The notes beneath the pieces are model-generated. The model saw only the letters and a list, made by a program, of their open reading frames with translations, did no database searches and had not been told where the DNA came from. This document shows positions 9,344-20,400 of a DNA stretch of 64,000 nt, in pieces. Position 1 is the stretch's first letter; each line of letters begins with the position of its first letter. This DNA comes from a virus (Duplodnaviria > Caudoviricetes): positions 1-64,000 of the IMG/VR virus record IMGVR_UViG_3300010163_000010. One strand, written 5' to 3'. The position numbers and the translations under genes are program-made.

Positions 9344-11989
9344 ATGCCTGGGAAGACTGTGCGTAAACTGGTAGATCGTGTTGACATTCTGAAGGATCTT
9401 GTTCAGGTTGTAACTCCAGTATACTTCCCTAAAGAAGCACTGGATAAAAACCGCACCAGTATCTACGGTTATCTCACCGAAGCCATGTCACAGGCCATAG
9501 AGGATACTATTACTCTGGAACAACGGCGAGCAAACGATTACTGCCCGGAGTTATCCAACAGTGAAATTCGGGTGAATCAAACTGCTAAACTCTGGGGCGT
9601 AGGTGTTACCAGAGCTGTACCCGGCAGATGTCTGGCCATGCTCTCGGTGCTCAAAGAAGACATCCTCCGAAAAGGGGTTAAAGTTCGCGATGAGATCCAG
9701 TTTACAATCGACAGGCGATCTACGATTCTCTATGGAGGATATAATTTCTCTCTCGAAGATGATATCCTTATCCGCGCGGTAAAGAGAGGCAACTCATACT
9801 ACTATGCCGCAAACTATACCGGAGAACATTCGTCATATGATTCATATATCCAGATGTTCGAGGATACGAATGATCAAGGCGAACTTCTGGTATCAATGAT
9901 ATGCCAGATTTATCAGTGCAACTATACGATCACGGAGATGCACGTAACCGATCTGCTGGAGTTTACCTATGATGGAATAAGCTTCGATTATGACTACAAA
10001 CTAGCTGGATTCGAAGTCTACTATAAGCGGTCCGCTAATGATCAGTTCAAGAAAGCGACATTGGATCATTACTTAACCATGACGCCTTCTAAAGCTCTGT
10101 ACTACAATGATGATGAAAGCAACCTGCTTCGAATCATAAACAACCCTGTTCTGAATATCGGCATCAACGGGATCATTCGGGCCGAAATCAAACAGACTCT
10201 TGGTGAAGATATCAAAGTCACCATTGACCGTACTGGTACCGCGACATTCGCCATGTATCGAGACGCGGCATATAACTACAGCGGCGTCAATGTCTTCGTG
10301 ACGATGCTTTCTGATGTAGTTGGTGCTATGAATGGCGATTCTCTTCTTGATGTCAAGAAGAAACTTATCGATAAGAAAGTTCGCCGTGAGAATATCACAA
10401 CCGAACATGACATCATTCAATACATTAACGATCTTGACGCCAATGTACAGCTCATAAAGAAACGTAATGACTGCCAGGAGCATAACTATTACGTCTACGT
10501 TTTGATGCGTTATGGTGACAGGAAGATTGCTCCTACTACCACAAAACGCCTGAACTTAACCGGCGTTCGAACGATTCAAAATCTTGGCGACTTCGATCGA
10601 TACGATAAAACTGTGGACAGGAAACTTATTCGTGCATACAGCAAGTTTAAGCTTCACATTGTTGATGGGTTCCCGGATTACGATTATGTAACTAAATGCC
10701 CTATCGACGAGAATGAACCTGATGCACTGTATCTTACCTGCCCATACATGATGATCATTAATGATCTGAATATCGTATCGTACTACTTTACCAGTGTAGA
10801 TGAGACGGCCCGGCTGTCCATGCAGGTAGCCAACAACATCTACCCGTATCAAATGATTACCCAGGGTGTTCACATCTACCGCAATGCACACTCAGCTGTA
10901 GATAACGACCGCTATACTTTCACGATCAAAGGTATGCTGAATACCGAAAACGATTCACTGCTTGTAGACGACGAAGGCTACGTCATTGACAGCCGAGCAG
11001 TAATGTGCTATCTGTTCTTCACTAAGGATGGAAGTCCTTGTGCGTATCTGCCGATGATGATTTCGGAGTATGACAAGAACACCCGTGAGTTCATTTTTAC
11101 TGGTTCTATTCGAACATCAGATTACATCACAGAACTTGATCGGCTGGAGATCGTAGAAGGTTTGCGAAAAATTGGAACGGACACAAACTACAATTCAGTT
11201 ATTGACTACAGAGATGCATCTTTTACAGCATGCTTCTTCCACAAGGCCGATCCGACTACAATAGATGAATATCCTCGGAACGACAGCGCATACACCATGC
11301 TGCCTACAGAAAACACCGATGGATATGTGCTGATGAACAGCTACTACAACAACCCGAACAATCTGTACAGTTTGATTCTCGAATTTGGCAAGTTCTCTCG
11401 GTCTCCTACGAAAGTTCTGAAGGTAACTGATACTACATACGATTATTCAATCGGTGCGGTACCGTTCTTCGAATTTAACTTCGGCATTGAGAATACAGCA
11501 TCACTGTATGACACATTCAAGAACATGACCGTGGTATATGGATCGATGCTGAAACTTACCACGGGATTTGATATCGCACTTAAGTTCATAGCCACATATG
11601 GACCATCGAAGTACATTACAATATCCGGTGGTCGTATTCCCGATGAGTATGAAACTACGGCATATCTCAACGATCTCAATCCGACCTTCTATTTCAAGGT
11701 ATACGGTTTCGGTGCACCGCTGGAAGAGATTTATGACTTCATCTATAAGTACCTGAGAGACAATTACATTACCGAAGATGATGTCTTCATGTCAAATATC
11801 TGCACAGCAGTCGAAGAGAACTTCGCTACAGTTCGGTCTATTAAATATATGGGCTGTAACGATTTCGACGCATCGTATCAGCACTTCAGATACAATAAGC
11901 CGGTATTCATTAGTGAAGATATCATCACCAGATATGTGCCGGAACAACTCAATGTAACGGACATCCAGATTGAATTGGATGAAACATAA
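9344..11989 (+). CDS. baseplate wedge subunit (gp6/J-like)
   Basis: 881 aa. RAVP..., FSLEDDI and GAMNGDSLLDVKKKL...ITTEHD match the J-like G..G.ES...R...T..DY pattern. Confidence 0.65.
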   Translation: MPGKTVRKLVDRVDILKDLVQVVTPVYFPKEALDKNRTSIYGYLTEAMSQAIEDTITLEQRRANDYCPELSNSEIRVNQTAKLWGVGVTRAVPGRCLAMLSVLKEDILRKGVKVRDEIQFTIDRRSTILYGGYNFSLEDDILIRAVKRGNSYYYAANYTGEHSSYDSYIQMFEDTNDQGELLVSMICQIYQCNYTITEMHVTDLLEFTYDGISFDYDYKLAGFEVYYKRSANDQFKKATLDHYLTMTPSKALYYNDDESNLLRIINNPVLNIGINGIIRAEIKQTLGEDIKVTIDRTGTATFAMYRDAAYNYSGVNVFVTMLSDVVGAMNGDSLLDVKKKLIDKKVRRENITTEHDIIQYINDLDANVQLIKKRNDCQEHNYYVYVLMRYGDRKIAPTTTKRLNLTGVRTIQNLGDFDRYDKTVDRKLIRAYSKFKLHIVDGFPDYDYVTKCPIDENEPDALYLTCPYMMIINDLNIVSYYFTSVDETARLSMQVANNIYPYQMITQGVHIYRNAHSAVDNDRYTFTIKGMLNTENDSLLVDDEGYVIDSRAVMCYLFFTKDGSPCAYLPMMISEYDKNTREFIFTGSIRTSDYITELDRLEIVEGLRKIGTDTNYNSVIDYRDASFTACFFHKADPTTIDEYPRNDSAYTMLPTENTDGYVLMNSYYNNPNNLYSLILEFGKFSRSPTKVLKVTDTTYDYSIGAVPFFEFNFGIENTASLYDTFKNMTVVYGSMLKLTTGFDIALKFIATYGPSKYITISGGRIPDEYETTAYLNDLNPTFYFKVYGFGAPLEEIYDFIYKYLRDNYITEDDVFMSNICTAVEENFATVRSIKYMGCNDFDASYQHFRYNKPVFISEDIITRYVPEQLNVTDIQIELDET

Positions 11990-12003
11990 AGGAGGAATCA
12001 TTT

Positions 12004-12795
12004 ATGGGCAGGATTTCGATTCTCGAATATAAGCGCCGGGTTTTTAATAAGGCCTTGCTCGAGTGCTTCGCACGTATGCATCAGTTGGGTCTGAGTGACT
12101 GCGGCAAAGAGCAGCTCAATGAAGGCGTCCTCAATGCCGCGGGAGATGCCTGCAAAGCGTTTTTCGAGGATGAACTCGACCTGAAGAACCAGACTATCCG
12201 TGAGACCAAGCTGCGTCTGAGTGAGGCAGTGTCTTTCGTCCAAGACTGCGTGGACTGCGCCGAGGAGATCGCCGAAGAGAAGGCTGATACCGCCAAGGAG
12301 AAAGGCATGGTCATCCCTGATGATCAGGATATCGAACTCTCCAAAGAGGACGAGCAGGTTCTGGATCAGCTGTTCGACAACAAGACTCCCAAAGTTCAGG
12401 CTGACCAAATCCGCGATGCTACGGTTAAGGCCTTGCTCGAGGAGGACAAGAAGGCCGAAGAGATTCGTAATGCGGTTGATATCGCGAAGGCACAGTCCAA
12501 CGAAGAGGGCAGCACCACAACGCTAGAGGAAACGGTGAAGCGGATCGACAGGATCGGACCTACGTCTTTGATGCACGCCATCATCAACAACATCACCCGC
12601 AGCGCCGTGAACACGGTAACTGAGACGACCGGCGTACAGAGTATCGGCAACATCATGGATATGAACCGTGATATGATCAAGGATCAGGCAATCATGCTCT
12701 ATTCCATCTACGAGACCGCCAGCGTGTTTGGCATCTGCAAGTGGACGCCGGCTGAAGTAGCCGCTATGGCCAGAGAGATTTACAACGAGAAGTAA
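12004..12795 (+). CDS. acidic helical virion protein
   Basis: 263 aa with AGGAGG RBS; LNEG, LSEA and LEET sites; terminator downstream. Confidence 0.55.
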   Translation: MGRISILEYKRRVFNKALLECFARMHQLGLSDCGKEQLNEGVLNAAGDACKAFFEDELDLKNQTIRETKLRLSEAVSFVQDCVDCAEEIAEEKADTAKEKGMVIPDDQDIELSKEDEQVLDQLFDNKTPKVQADQIRDATVKALLEEDKKAEEIRNAVDIAKAQSNEEGSTTTLEETVKRIDRIGPTSLMHAIINNITRSAVNTVTETTGVQSIGNIMDMNRDMIKDQAIMLYSIYETASVFGICKWTPAEVAAMAREIYNEK

Positions 12796-12796
12796 A

Positions 12797-12832
12797 AGAT
12801 GCGCCAGGGAACACCCTGGCGCATCTTCTTTT
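12797..12832. terminator. intrinsic terminator between convergent genes
   Basis: AAGATGCGCCAGGG-AACA-CCCTGGCGCATCTT followed by CTTTT. Confidence 0.8.
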
Positions 12833-12834
12833 CC

Positions 12835-13215
12835 TTATATGTCAGCTTCAATGCTAATAAGCCGGCCGTTCCTTGTGACATCAAAGATATCCTCAGCATA
12901 GTCCGTGGTAACAAAATCCGGATCATACGCGAAATCATAGGTGTCAGCGATATAATCAATGACCTCATCATCGTGCTTATCAAACAGCGTTTCTGTGGCC
13001 TCGACAATGGCGCTGTACAAACCATTGTCGCTGATGTTGTAATCCTTTTTCCTACGGATAGTAAACCCATCCGCGCACACAGCCTCCACTTCCACCGCTC
13101 CTGGTGTAGTGTCATTGATAACAGCTACAACCGCTTCAGACAAAACTTTCATTCCGCATACATGAAAAAGCGCGGAACCAACTGCGTTGTATGCTAACTT
13201 TTTATTAAGCTTCAT
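12835..13215 (-). CDS. hypothetical protein
   Basis: 126-aa acidic ORF with AAGGAGG RBS. Confidence 0.6.
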   Translation of the reverse strand: MKLNKKLAYNAVGSALFHVCGMKVLSEAVVAVINDTTPGAVEVEAVCADGFTIRRKKDYNISDNGLYSAIVEATETLFDKHDDEVIDYIADTYDFAYDPDFVTTDYAEDIFDVTRNGRLISIEADI

Positions 13216-13234
13216 ACATCAATCCTCCTTAGAT

Positions 13235-13927
13235 TTATGTATCGGTTAATTTCTCCAGAACTATCTGCCCGGAGGCAATTCCTTCTTTGATACTTTTACG
13301 ACCTTTGATCTTTTTGTAGATGTAGTCCGATTCGTGTTTATTTAAATACCGTATAGTAATATCTACCCGAGGAAGCAAACTGTAATACTTCGTGATTTCA
13401 GCGTGATAAAAGATATCATCATCGGTAGTAATGACTGAAGTAAGCATATCTGTATAGCACTTTTCAATGTTGTCATAATCCGGTCTATCAATGGGATTGA
13501 GCAGTTTAGCTTCGAAGAGTATAACCTCATCTGGAGGTACCCGTGAGGGCATTTCCAGATAGGCATCAATCAGTATTTCCGCTGGAGTAGTAATCAACTG
13601 AAGCGTGCTTATAATCTTAGTAAGAGCTTTTCTGAAATAGTCTTTATTAGCGGCGGCATTCGGAGAGAATGTGTGACCATTAAAAGTACGTGGACGATCT
13701 GTCTTCATCGGATACTCATACATGAGAATATGAATAGAACGATATTCTCGCTTATCGACAATAAAAGAGGCCTTCTTAGCAGCCTTTTTAGCCGCTTTTT
13801 TCAAGTTCCATCCTCGGTCAGTAAAGTATTGCTCGACACGAGTAACAGCATCCTCAATCTTTATCGGGTATGCCTCGTTGTAATCTGTTATTCTCTGATC
13901 TCTTGAAGCGATCTTCATTGTGATCAA
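13235..13927 (-). CDS. rusA: RusA-like Holliday junction resolvase
   Basis: RPR motif, RPDYDNIEK (KPDxDN-like) and DDD acidic motif followed by KYY...PRV. Confidence 0.75.
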   Translation of the reverse strand: MITMKIASRDQRITDYNEAYPIKIEDAVTRVEQYFTDRGWNLKKAAKKAAKKASFIVDKREYRSIHILMYEYPMKTDRPRTFNGHTFSPNAAANKDYFRKALTKIISTLQLITTPAEILIDAYLEMPSRVPPDEVILFEAKLLNPIDRPDYDNIEKCYTDMLTSVITTDDDIFYHAEITKYYSLLPRVDITIRYLNKHESDYIYKKIKGRKSIKEGIASGQIVLEKLTDT

Positions 13928-13977
13928 CTCCTATTGTGTTATTATCTTTTTATATAATTTATCGTTTTATAAACAGA

Positions 13978-14003
13978 GCGGGAGAGGGTCAACCCTCTCC
14001 CGC
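13978..14003. terminator. intrinsic terminator after the endolysin
   Basis: GCGGGAGAGGG-TCAA-CCCTCTCCCGC. Confidence 0.7.
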
Positions 14004-14009
14004 ATATCG

Positions 14010-15038
14010 TTAAACCTTCTTGAGATACTTCAGCGAAAGCCAGCCACGGCCGTCCTTCAGCTGACCAAAGCCGTCCTGCTCGGCGACGATAGTGTAGGTG
14101 TTCTTATCGCGGATGCAGCCAACAGCGGCGGTATTTGTTCCAGGACCTTTACGGATGTTCAGAGCTGTACAGGTGATCTGAACATTGTACTCAGTGCTCG
14201 CGCTGCCACTGTCCAGGGCTTTCACATACGCAGCATCAACCCAGCCGCACACAGTGGAACCGCCACCAGAAACAGCCGTGAGCTGATACGGATGCTTTCC
14301 GTTATATGTCCCAGTAACCTTGGCTTTTCCAGGTTTGCAGGCCTTACCTGTAGCAGCGCCGGCATTGGTATAGTGAACCGTACCGGTAAAGTTCACAGTG
14401 TCGCCTACCTTAAAACTCCCCACCGCAGTAGAAGGAGTCGCCGGCGTAGGCGTTGATGTTGCAGTGGTATTGGCCGATGTTCCGCTGTAATCGATGAACG
14501 GCAGCTTACCGTACTTAGTCCAGGTACGAGTACTGTAGCCGCTCTTCTTGCCGATATTACCAACAGCGGTAATCTGAACCTTATTCTTCCAGGCAGGAGT
14601 GCACTCGATGCCGAGGCCATCGCCAATGTAGATACCGATATGCCCCTCCATCCAAAGGGCCTCACCAGGAATGATGTTGGAGAAGTTTGTAGTAACCCCA
14701 GTGCAAATCTTGATCATTCCGTTTGCGGAATAGTCGGGACAGCCATTGGAGTTATACTTCGCTCCTCCGTAAGTTTTACTGGCATCCCCGCACCAACCCC
14801 ACACGATACCTTTGATCAGATTCACACAGTCGAACCCGAATACCGGCGGATTCTTATTGGCATTGGCCTTGATCATGGCCGTTCGTGCTGCCTGCTTGTT
14901 GTACTGATGATTCTTGCAGTACCGATCAACATTCGACCCTGTGAGAGGAGCGCCGAAGCAGCCCATCACATACAAGGTCTTGTAGTTTGCTGCGATGTCT
15001 TTCGCTTTCGCGATGAGTTCAGATGCTTTCATACTCAT
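14010..15038 (-). CDS. endolysin: NlpC/P60/CHAP-like cysteine peptidase with SH3-like cell-wall-binding domains
   Basis: GFDCVNLIKG (catalytic Cys) and GHIGIYIG (His), a T/P linker, then two SH3-like domains (GWVDA; ALNIRKGPG...GWLSL). Confidence 0.85.
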   Translation of the reverse strand: MSMKASELIAKAKDIAANYKTLYVMGCFGAPLTGSNVDRYCKNHQYNKQAARTAMIKANANKNPPVFGFDCVNLIKGIVWGWCGDASKTYGGAKYNSNGCPDYSANGMIKICTGVTTNFSNIIPGEALWMEGHIGIYIGDGLGIECTPAWKNKVQITAVGNIGKKSGYSTRTWTKYGKLPFIDYSGTSANTTATSTPTPATPSTAVGSFKVGDTVNFTGTVHYTNAGAATGKACKPGKAKVTGTYNGKHPYQLTAVSGGGSTVCGWVDAAYVKALDSGSASTEYNVQITCTALNIRKGPGTNTAAVGCIRDKNTYTIVAEQDGFGQLKDGRGWLSLKYLKKV

Positions 15039-15068
15039 TTATAGCAGCCCCCTTTCATATACATGTCA

Positions 15069-17402
15069 TCACGAACCGTACAGGTTCAGATCATCGGCAA
15101 TATTCCGTACACGGTCAGAAATGTGCCGCATGAAGTTGCTGCCCATAGATCCCCATGCAGTCATGTTTGATGAGATAAACATGGACATCCGTTCATTCAG
15201 ACTGATACGGTTCATATTCACACCAGAGAGAGTTCCAATGAGATCCATCAATCCGGTGTTGTTCATAAAATTACTGACATTTGTGGCTAACACAGAACCA
15301 GGCGTCTGATCGTACATGCTGGTCATAGTAAGCGAATGGTACAGATCTTTTAACCCAACAGAAACATCAATCTGTGTGGGCACACCATCGTTAGCAATCA
15401 TTCCTCCATCACCAAAGCGTTTCCATGTAAGAGACTCAATCAGACCCATCTCAATATTAAAATATCCCTTGGAATATGCACGGATCAGGAATGGTGCACT
15501 GTACTGAGATTGATTCACATCTGCTTTCGGAGATGCCATACAGAAGAGATGATAAAACGGCACAAGAACGTATCTCCACTTACAGAAAGCGGTATTGTAT
15601 GGCGTAATGAAGTGCATTTCAATATCGTACGACGGCGCATGGTTAGAATCAGACCAAATCTCGGGGAAACGCATATTCATACCATGAATCGAATTGCTCA
15701 TCCAGGAACCAATTCGACCAATAGCATTCCTAAGCCCGGCAAACGCCCCAGTATTTAGTTGTGCCGTTGCCTGCTGAACATAGTTGTCAGGGTCACCAAT
15801 AGCCTCATCCAGGTTAGTACCAGTATAACCAAGAATAAATGACAGCTCACGAGTACCAGAAGCAACATTGGAGAACAATCCGGCAAGCTGTGACTCTGTA
15901 GTACTATTCGTTATTGTATCGCTTACTGAGGATTGAGGATCAAATGCAAATGACACCCCACCGGACAGACCGATAACCTCCTCGAATGTAGAAAAATCCT
16001 GCTCTGCTCCCTGGTTATACTTTCCCCAGTCAAAATCCGCACATGATTTATCTCGATACGTAAAGTTTGTAAGACCCATAAGTCTTGCTGATGTCTGACA
16101 GATAGAGTTTACATACTTGTAGTACCCTTCAGTGTCAATCTCGATACTGTAATACTGAAACTCACCTTCAATATCCTGAAGCTGACTCCATACAGAATCA
16201 TCGTCGGCACCTCTGGAGCTGCTTAGCATAGGCAGAACGGTTCGTGCAGCTTTCAAGTTTTGACCGGCATAACTAATCAAACCAGACTTAACGGAAGACA
16301 TAAACTTCGGCTTACCAGGAGCAAAAACAACAACCGGCATATTAGATGCAATATTCCGGCAGAACTCCCGACCGTAAAGGTCAGAACTACCCTGACTCAC
16401 TGCGGCTTCCTCTTCCTCATACATTGAGTCACCCCATCGCATTGTCGATCCTACTCTGCGGTCAGCAATAAAGGTATACTGAAATGGCATACCATGTACG
16501 AACAACATCTTACCGATAGGTATTCCCATGAGCGTAGACTTCGCAGTTTCTTCGTTAATTAACCCTTCAACGATACTTTTATCGTAGTACAGATTATACT
16601 CTTTATATTGCCCCATCACATCCTCGGGACTTTCAGTGCTCATCTTCGGTACTTCATCTAAATTGATATCCTCATCGGTCCCAGATGTATCAACAGGAGG
16701 AACATCTACAACTTTATCTTCCCCCTGCACATATATCTGATTAGACTGAACCGTCATCCCCTGCTCTGCGTTACTTCCACCTTCATCCATCGCTTCTCGT
16801 GTCATAGGAGCATCCATGGCTTCAACTTTGGCAACTTTAATCGAAGCATTATGAACAACGGCAGTATTAGTACTGGAGACCTTCATCGCCCTATTGCCAG
16901 CTACCCAGCTGCCAGTGACAGTCTGATCATCACCGATCACAGAAGAAATACGATAACGCTTCTCAGTGAAATTATCGAACTCAACATCAATCAATCGATC
17001 ACACATCAGACGATCCCCGGTGTGAAGGCCATTAGGGCCAGGAGTACTCTCATGTGCAGAAGGATAAACCTTCACCAGATTATCTTGTATATCAATGACG
17101 TTATATTCCTTAACAGACCCGTCAGACAATCGATTGGGCTCTTCAATCGGATTGAAGTCTTCATCGATAGCATAGTATTCTATCAACGATGCCGGGCACC
17201 AGTATCCAGTCGGCGTACTCTCGATCAACCCTTCAGAAATATACAACAGGTCAACATTCTGAGCGTGATACTGCTTCCTGGAATAGAATCTTGCCCCGGT
17301 AGCAAGAACTTCTGTGGTTGGCTCAATGTCGTATGGAGTCCTAAAGAGTCGAGTAGGTCTGACTGCTCGGCACATCAATGATTTAACCGTAAATTCAGCC
17401 AT
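15069..17402 (-). CDS. virion structural protein (tail/baseplate hub region)
   Basis: 777 aa directly downstream of the tape measure gene; GMPFQY, FPEIWSDS, PFLIRAYSKG and PTQIDV..KDLY blocks. Confidence 0.6.
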   Translation of the reverse strand: MAEFTVKSLMCRAVRPTRLFRTPYDIEPTTEVLATGARFYSRKQYHAQNVDLLYISEGLIESTPTGYWCPASLIEYYAIDEDFNPIEEPNRLSDGSVKEYNVIDIQDNLVKVYPSAHESTPGPNGLHTGDRLMCDRLIDVEFDNFTEKRYRISSVIGDDQTVTGSWVAGNRAMKVSSTNTAVVHNASIKVAKVEAMDAPMTREAMDEGGSNAEQGMTVQSNQIYVQGEDKVVDVPPVDTSGTDEDINLDEVPKMSTESPEDVMGQYKEYNLYYDKSIVEGLINEETAKSTLMGIPIGKMLFVHGMPFQYTFIADRRVGSTMRWGDSMYEEEEAAVSQGSSDLYGREFCRNIASNMPVVVFAPGKPKFMSSVKSGLISYAGQNLKAARTVLPMLSSSRGADDDSVWSQLQDIEGEFQYYSIEIDTEGYYKYVNSICQTSARLMGLTNFTYRDKSCADFDWGKYNQGAEQDFSTFEEVIGLSGGVSFAFDPQSSVSDTITNSTTESQLAGLFSNVASGTRELSFILGYTGTNLDEAIGDPDNYVQQATAQLNTGAFAGLRNAIGRIGSWMSNSIHGMNMRFPEIWSDSNHAPSYDIEMHFITPYNTAFCKWRYVLVPFYHLFCMASPKADVNQSQYSAPFLIRAYSKGYFNIEMGLIESLTWKRFGDGGMIANDGVPTQIDVSVGLKDLYHSLTMTSMYDQTPGSVLATNVSNFMNNTGLMDLIGTLSGVNMNRISLNERMSMFISSNMTAWGSMGSNFMRHISDRVRNIADDLNLYGS

Positions 17403-17434
17403 ATCGCATCTATCTCCTTTCTGAAGATATAGGA

Positions 17435-17460
17435 GGGCATGGGCCTTTCAGCCCATGCCC
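17435..17460. terminator. hairpin between the tape measure gene and the next gene
   Basis: GGGCATGGGC-CTTTCA-GCCCATGCCC. Confidence 0.5.
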
Positions 17461-17485
17461 AACTAAACAAGCGCTTGAGGCCTGA

Positions 17486-20400
17486 TTATAGACCTGTCAT
17501 CCGATTAATGATATCCGCTCCAACATCATCAACCTCTCGGTCACCATTGGAATAGATAGGTTCACCAACCGGAACGTGATAGTTATTCCGTTTAGTCCGT
17601 CTAGACTGGCCATCGGACGGACCTTCTTTAGGCTGCTCGGTATTTGTCTTAATAGCGGAAAGCAATTCTACCATCTGTCCCATCATTGCCGCAATGCCAT
17701 TAAGAATCTTGTCCGTTTCGACATTAGTGCTTCCGGCTGTATTAGTTCCATTAATAGCACTCGTGATCGCATTCGTAACCTGAGAAACCGTAGTATCGCT
17801 CTTGGCTTCACTGCGAATCTTGTCCATCTGATTATTGAGGGCAATGACCTTTCGGTTCAATGCGGTCACATTATAACTCGTATTGGTTACAGGGCCCTTA
17901 CCATAATCGGAAGGATCAGCAGCAACTCCTTCGGCATACCCAGTTTTGAAATCCTTTTCAATATCGGGATCTAATCCAGGACCTTTGCCTGCAAGTTCCT
18001 GCACGCGATTCATGTCGTTGGCCATTCCGACACTGGCATTGACAGGCTTAGCAGAGGTTGTTAATGTTTTTGCAACATCAGCGGTTGTAGAAGACTCAGA
18101 TATCGGGCTTGTCTGCTGGGCCAACACCCCACTGGCGCTATTATCGGTTGGAGCTTGTGTAGTTGTCGTTCCATCTGTAAACGGTTCGGGTGCAGTATTG
18201 ATGTATGTGTTATAGATCTCCTGTGCGTATTTGGCACGCTTCTGCCAGGCATTGTATCCATTGGTACCCTTTTTACTGAACCCGGGGTACTCATAGATGT
18301 CCAAACCCTGACGAGCAGCCTCCGTGGGATCAGGTGCGGCATTGAGTGCATCCTTCAGGTTTGTATAAGACTCAGCGTTCTCATGCTTAAAGTACTCAAG
18401 TTGTGTGCCGAGTTCGTACCAGTTCATTCCGTTCTGAGCAGACCAATCAAACAGATTCTTGGCGCGACCTTTGGTCCACTGCGCCAGACCAATACCAGGC
18501 CAATAGTGTCCATCCAGAATATAGCCATTACGAGCATACTTGAGGCCGTTCTTATCATACACCGGGAAGAGCATATCCCGAGTATAATGGTCCATTGTGG
18601 CTCGATCGCTATATAACTTCTCATAGGTCAAACCGTGCTTGTCAAAGTCGAAGAGGTAATCACCCTCGATACGATCAGGAGTATTACCAGATTCGGCTTG
18701 CCAGCATCCCATGATGCCAGAGGCACCAACGGGAGTAAGACCAAACTCAGTTGTAAGCCAATCCCAGGTACGTTTCTTATTGACTGTCGGATCAGTAGAC
18801 GTTTCAATGTTTTTACCGCTTCCGATACTGGTGCTTGTTGTACCACCAGTTGTTCCGGATGTATCGTACGATGTTCCACTAACGGAAGTTCCATTTGTAG
18901 ATGCAGTGGGACCACCACCGGTAAGGATGGACAACAAGTTCGAAATCTTACCTGTAACGGTAGAGAACATGTTGTTTACAATACCAAGCAGTGAGCCAAG
19001 AGTTCCATCGAAACCGATGCTGCCAGTAGTATCAGTTGTCTCGAATCCAGTGGATCCTCCAGTACTGGTAGTACTGCTCGAACTGCCACTGGTACTTGCT
19101 GTCGCAGCATTCCCATCCGCATATCCAGCAGCTTCTCCTCCGGTATAACCAATTAAGGACATATTGCTTGCAGGATTCTTCGTGTAAAGGTTATTTATCG
19201 ATCCGCCGTTAGGACCTCTAAATACCCAGAGGGATTTATTTCCTTTGGTTATCGAACTTACAGGCCAGGTCTTCATTGTACGTTTCTCACTGAACGGATC
19301 ATTCACGAGAACTTGACCATCGCTAGTCATGCCAACCAGTGTGATAAAGTGCCCGCTTCCACTTGTAAAGTCATTATGCTGCTCACTAGCTATCATCGGA
19401 TATCCGGCCGACAGAGAAGAAGTTATGGCATTCTTGCTTCCAGTGCTAAGTTGTTCGGCATCAATACCATAAAGTTTACTCAATTTCGGGAATAGTATGC
19501 CACCGGCAGTACCACTGTGCTCTGTTCTAGCTCCATTCTCCCTAGACCAGTTGGCAACACCAACAGGATCCACATTAGCACCATACGACCGCAGAATCAT
19601 CGACAGCGATGTGGGACCACAAGCGGAGTTATACATATTCTGCTTCTTGTAATCCGGGTCATTCGGGCCAAGCACCGTATATTTGACCTTTGCCCAACGA
19701 GGATCCGTTTGCATATAGAACGGGAAGTTATTCTTATGAACAATTCCACTCTGTGCATCGAATCCGGACACAGGAGTACCAGCAGCCGCCTTAACCGTTC
19801 CCAGCTCTTGTCCTTGATCAATCTCACCCTTACCGAAATCTTCAGGCTCTGGAGGTTCATCAAACCCAGGACCTTTTCCGAATCCAAGAGCATTCTTTAC
19901 CGTGTTTACACCAGTACTAAAAGCATTACCGACCTTCTGAAGCATAGTTGTCTTTTCCACGCCTTTGGATTCATATTTTTCCAAATAATCATCCATAGTA
20001 AGATCAGGAGAATTCTCTTTATTGTACTGGACCAGATCGTTGTATACCTTCGTCTGAGCATCAGCGAGTGCATCTTTATCGCCAAATAGACCATATACAA
20101 ATACGACGATATCATCCATAATCAAAGCAGCCGCAGAGCTTAGCAATAAACCAAGCGGACCTTTGATTAAACCAAGGAGCTGTCCCAATGCACTGCATAT
20201 ACCAGAAGTTAACTTCATGGCAAGCGTCGCATCTTTACTGTAGATTCCAAAATACTGATCGGTATTATTGATCCCATCGAAGAATGCAGCAATAGCAAAA
20301 GCCAGCTCTGTAAGCGGTATTACTGAGCTAACTGTTTTAAGAGCATTTGCCGCAGCTGCTCCGGTGGATGTTGCAAGAACCTTATCGATAACATGCTCTG

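Noticed and set aside
14439-14446. CGCCGGCG in the endolysin linker (TPAT frame) as the cassette acceptor
   Set aside because: There is no downstream in-frame GGTGGGTTC; the codons fit an ordinary T/P/A linker.
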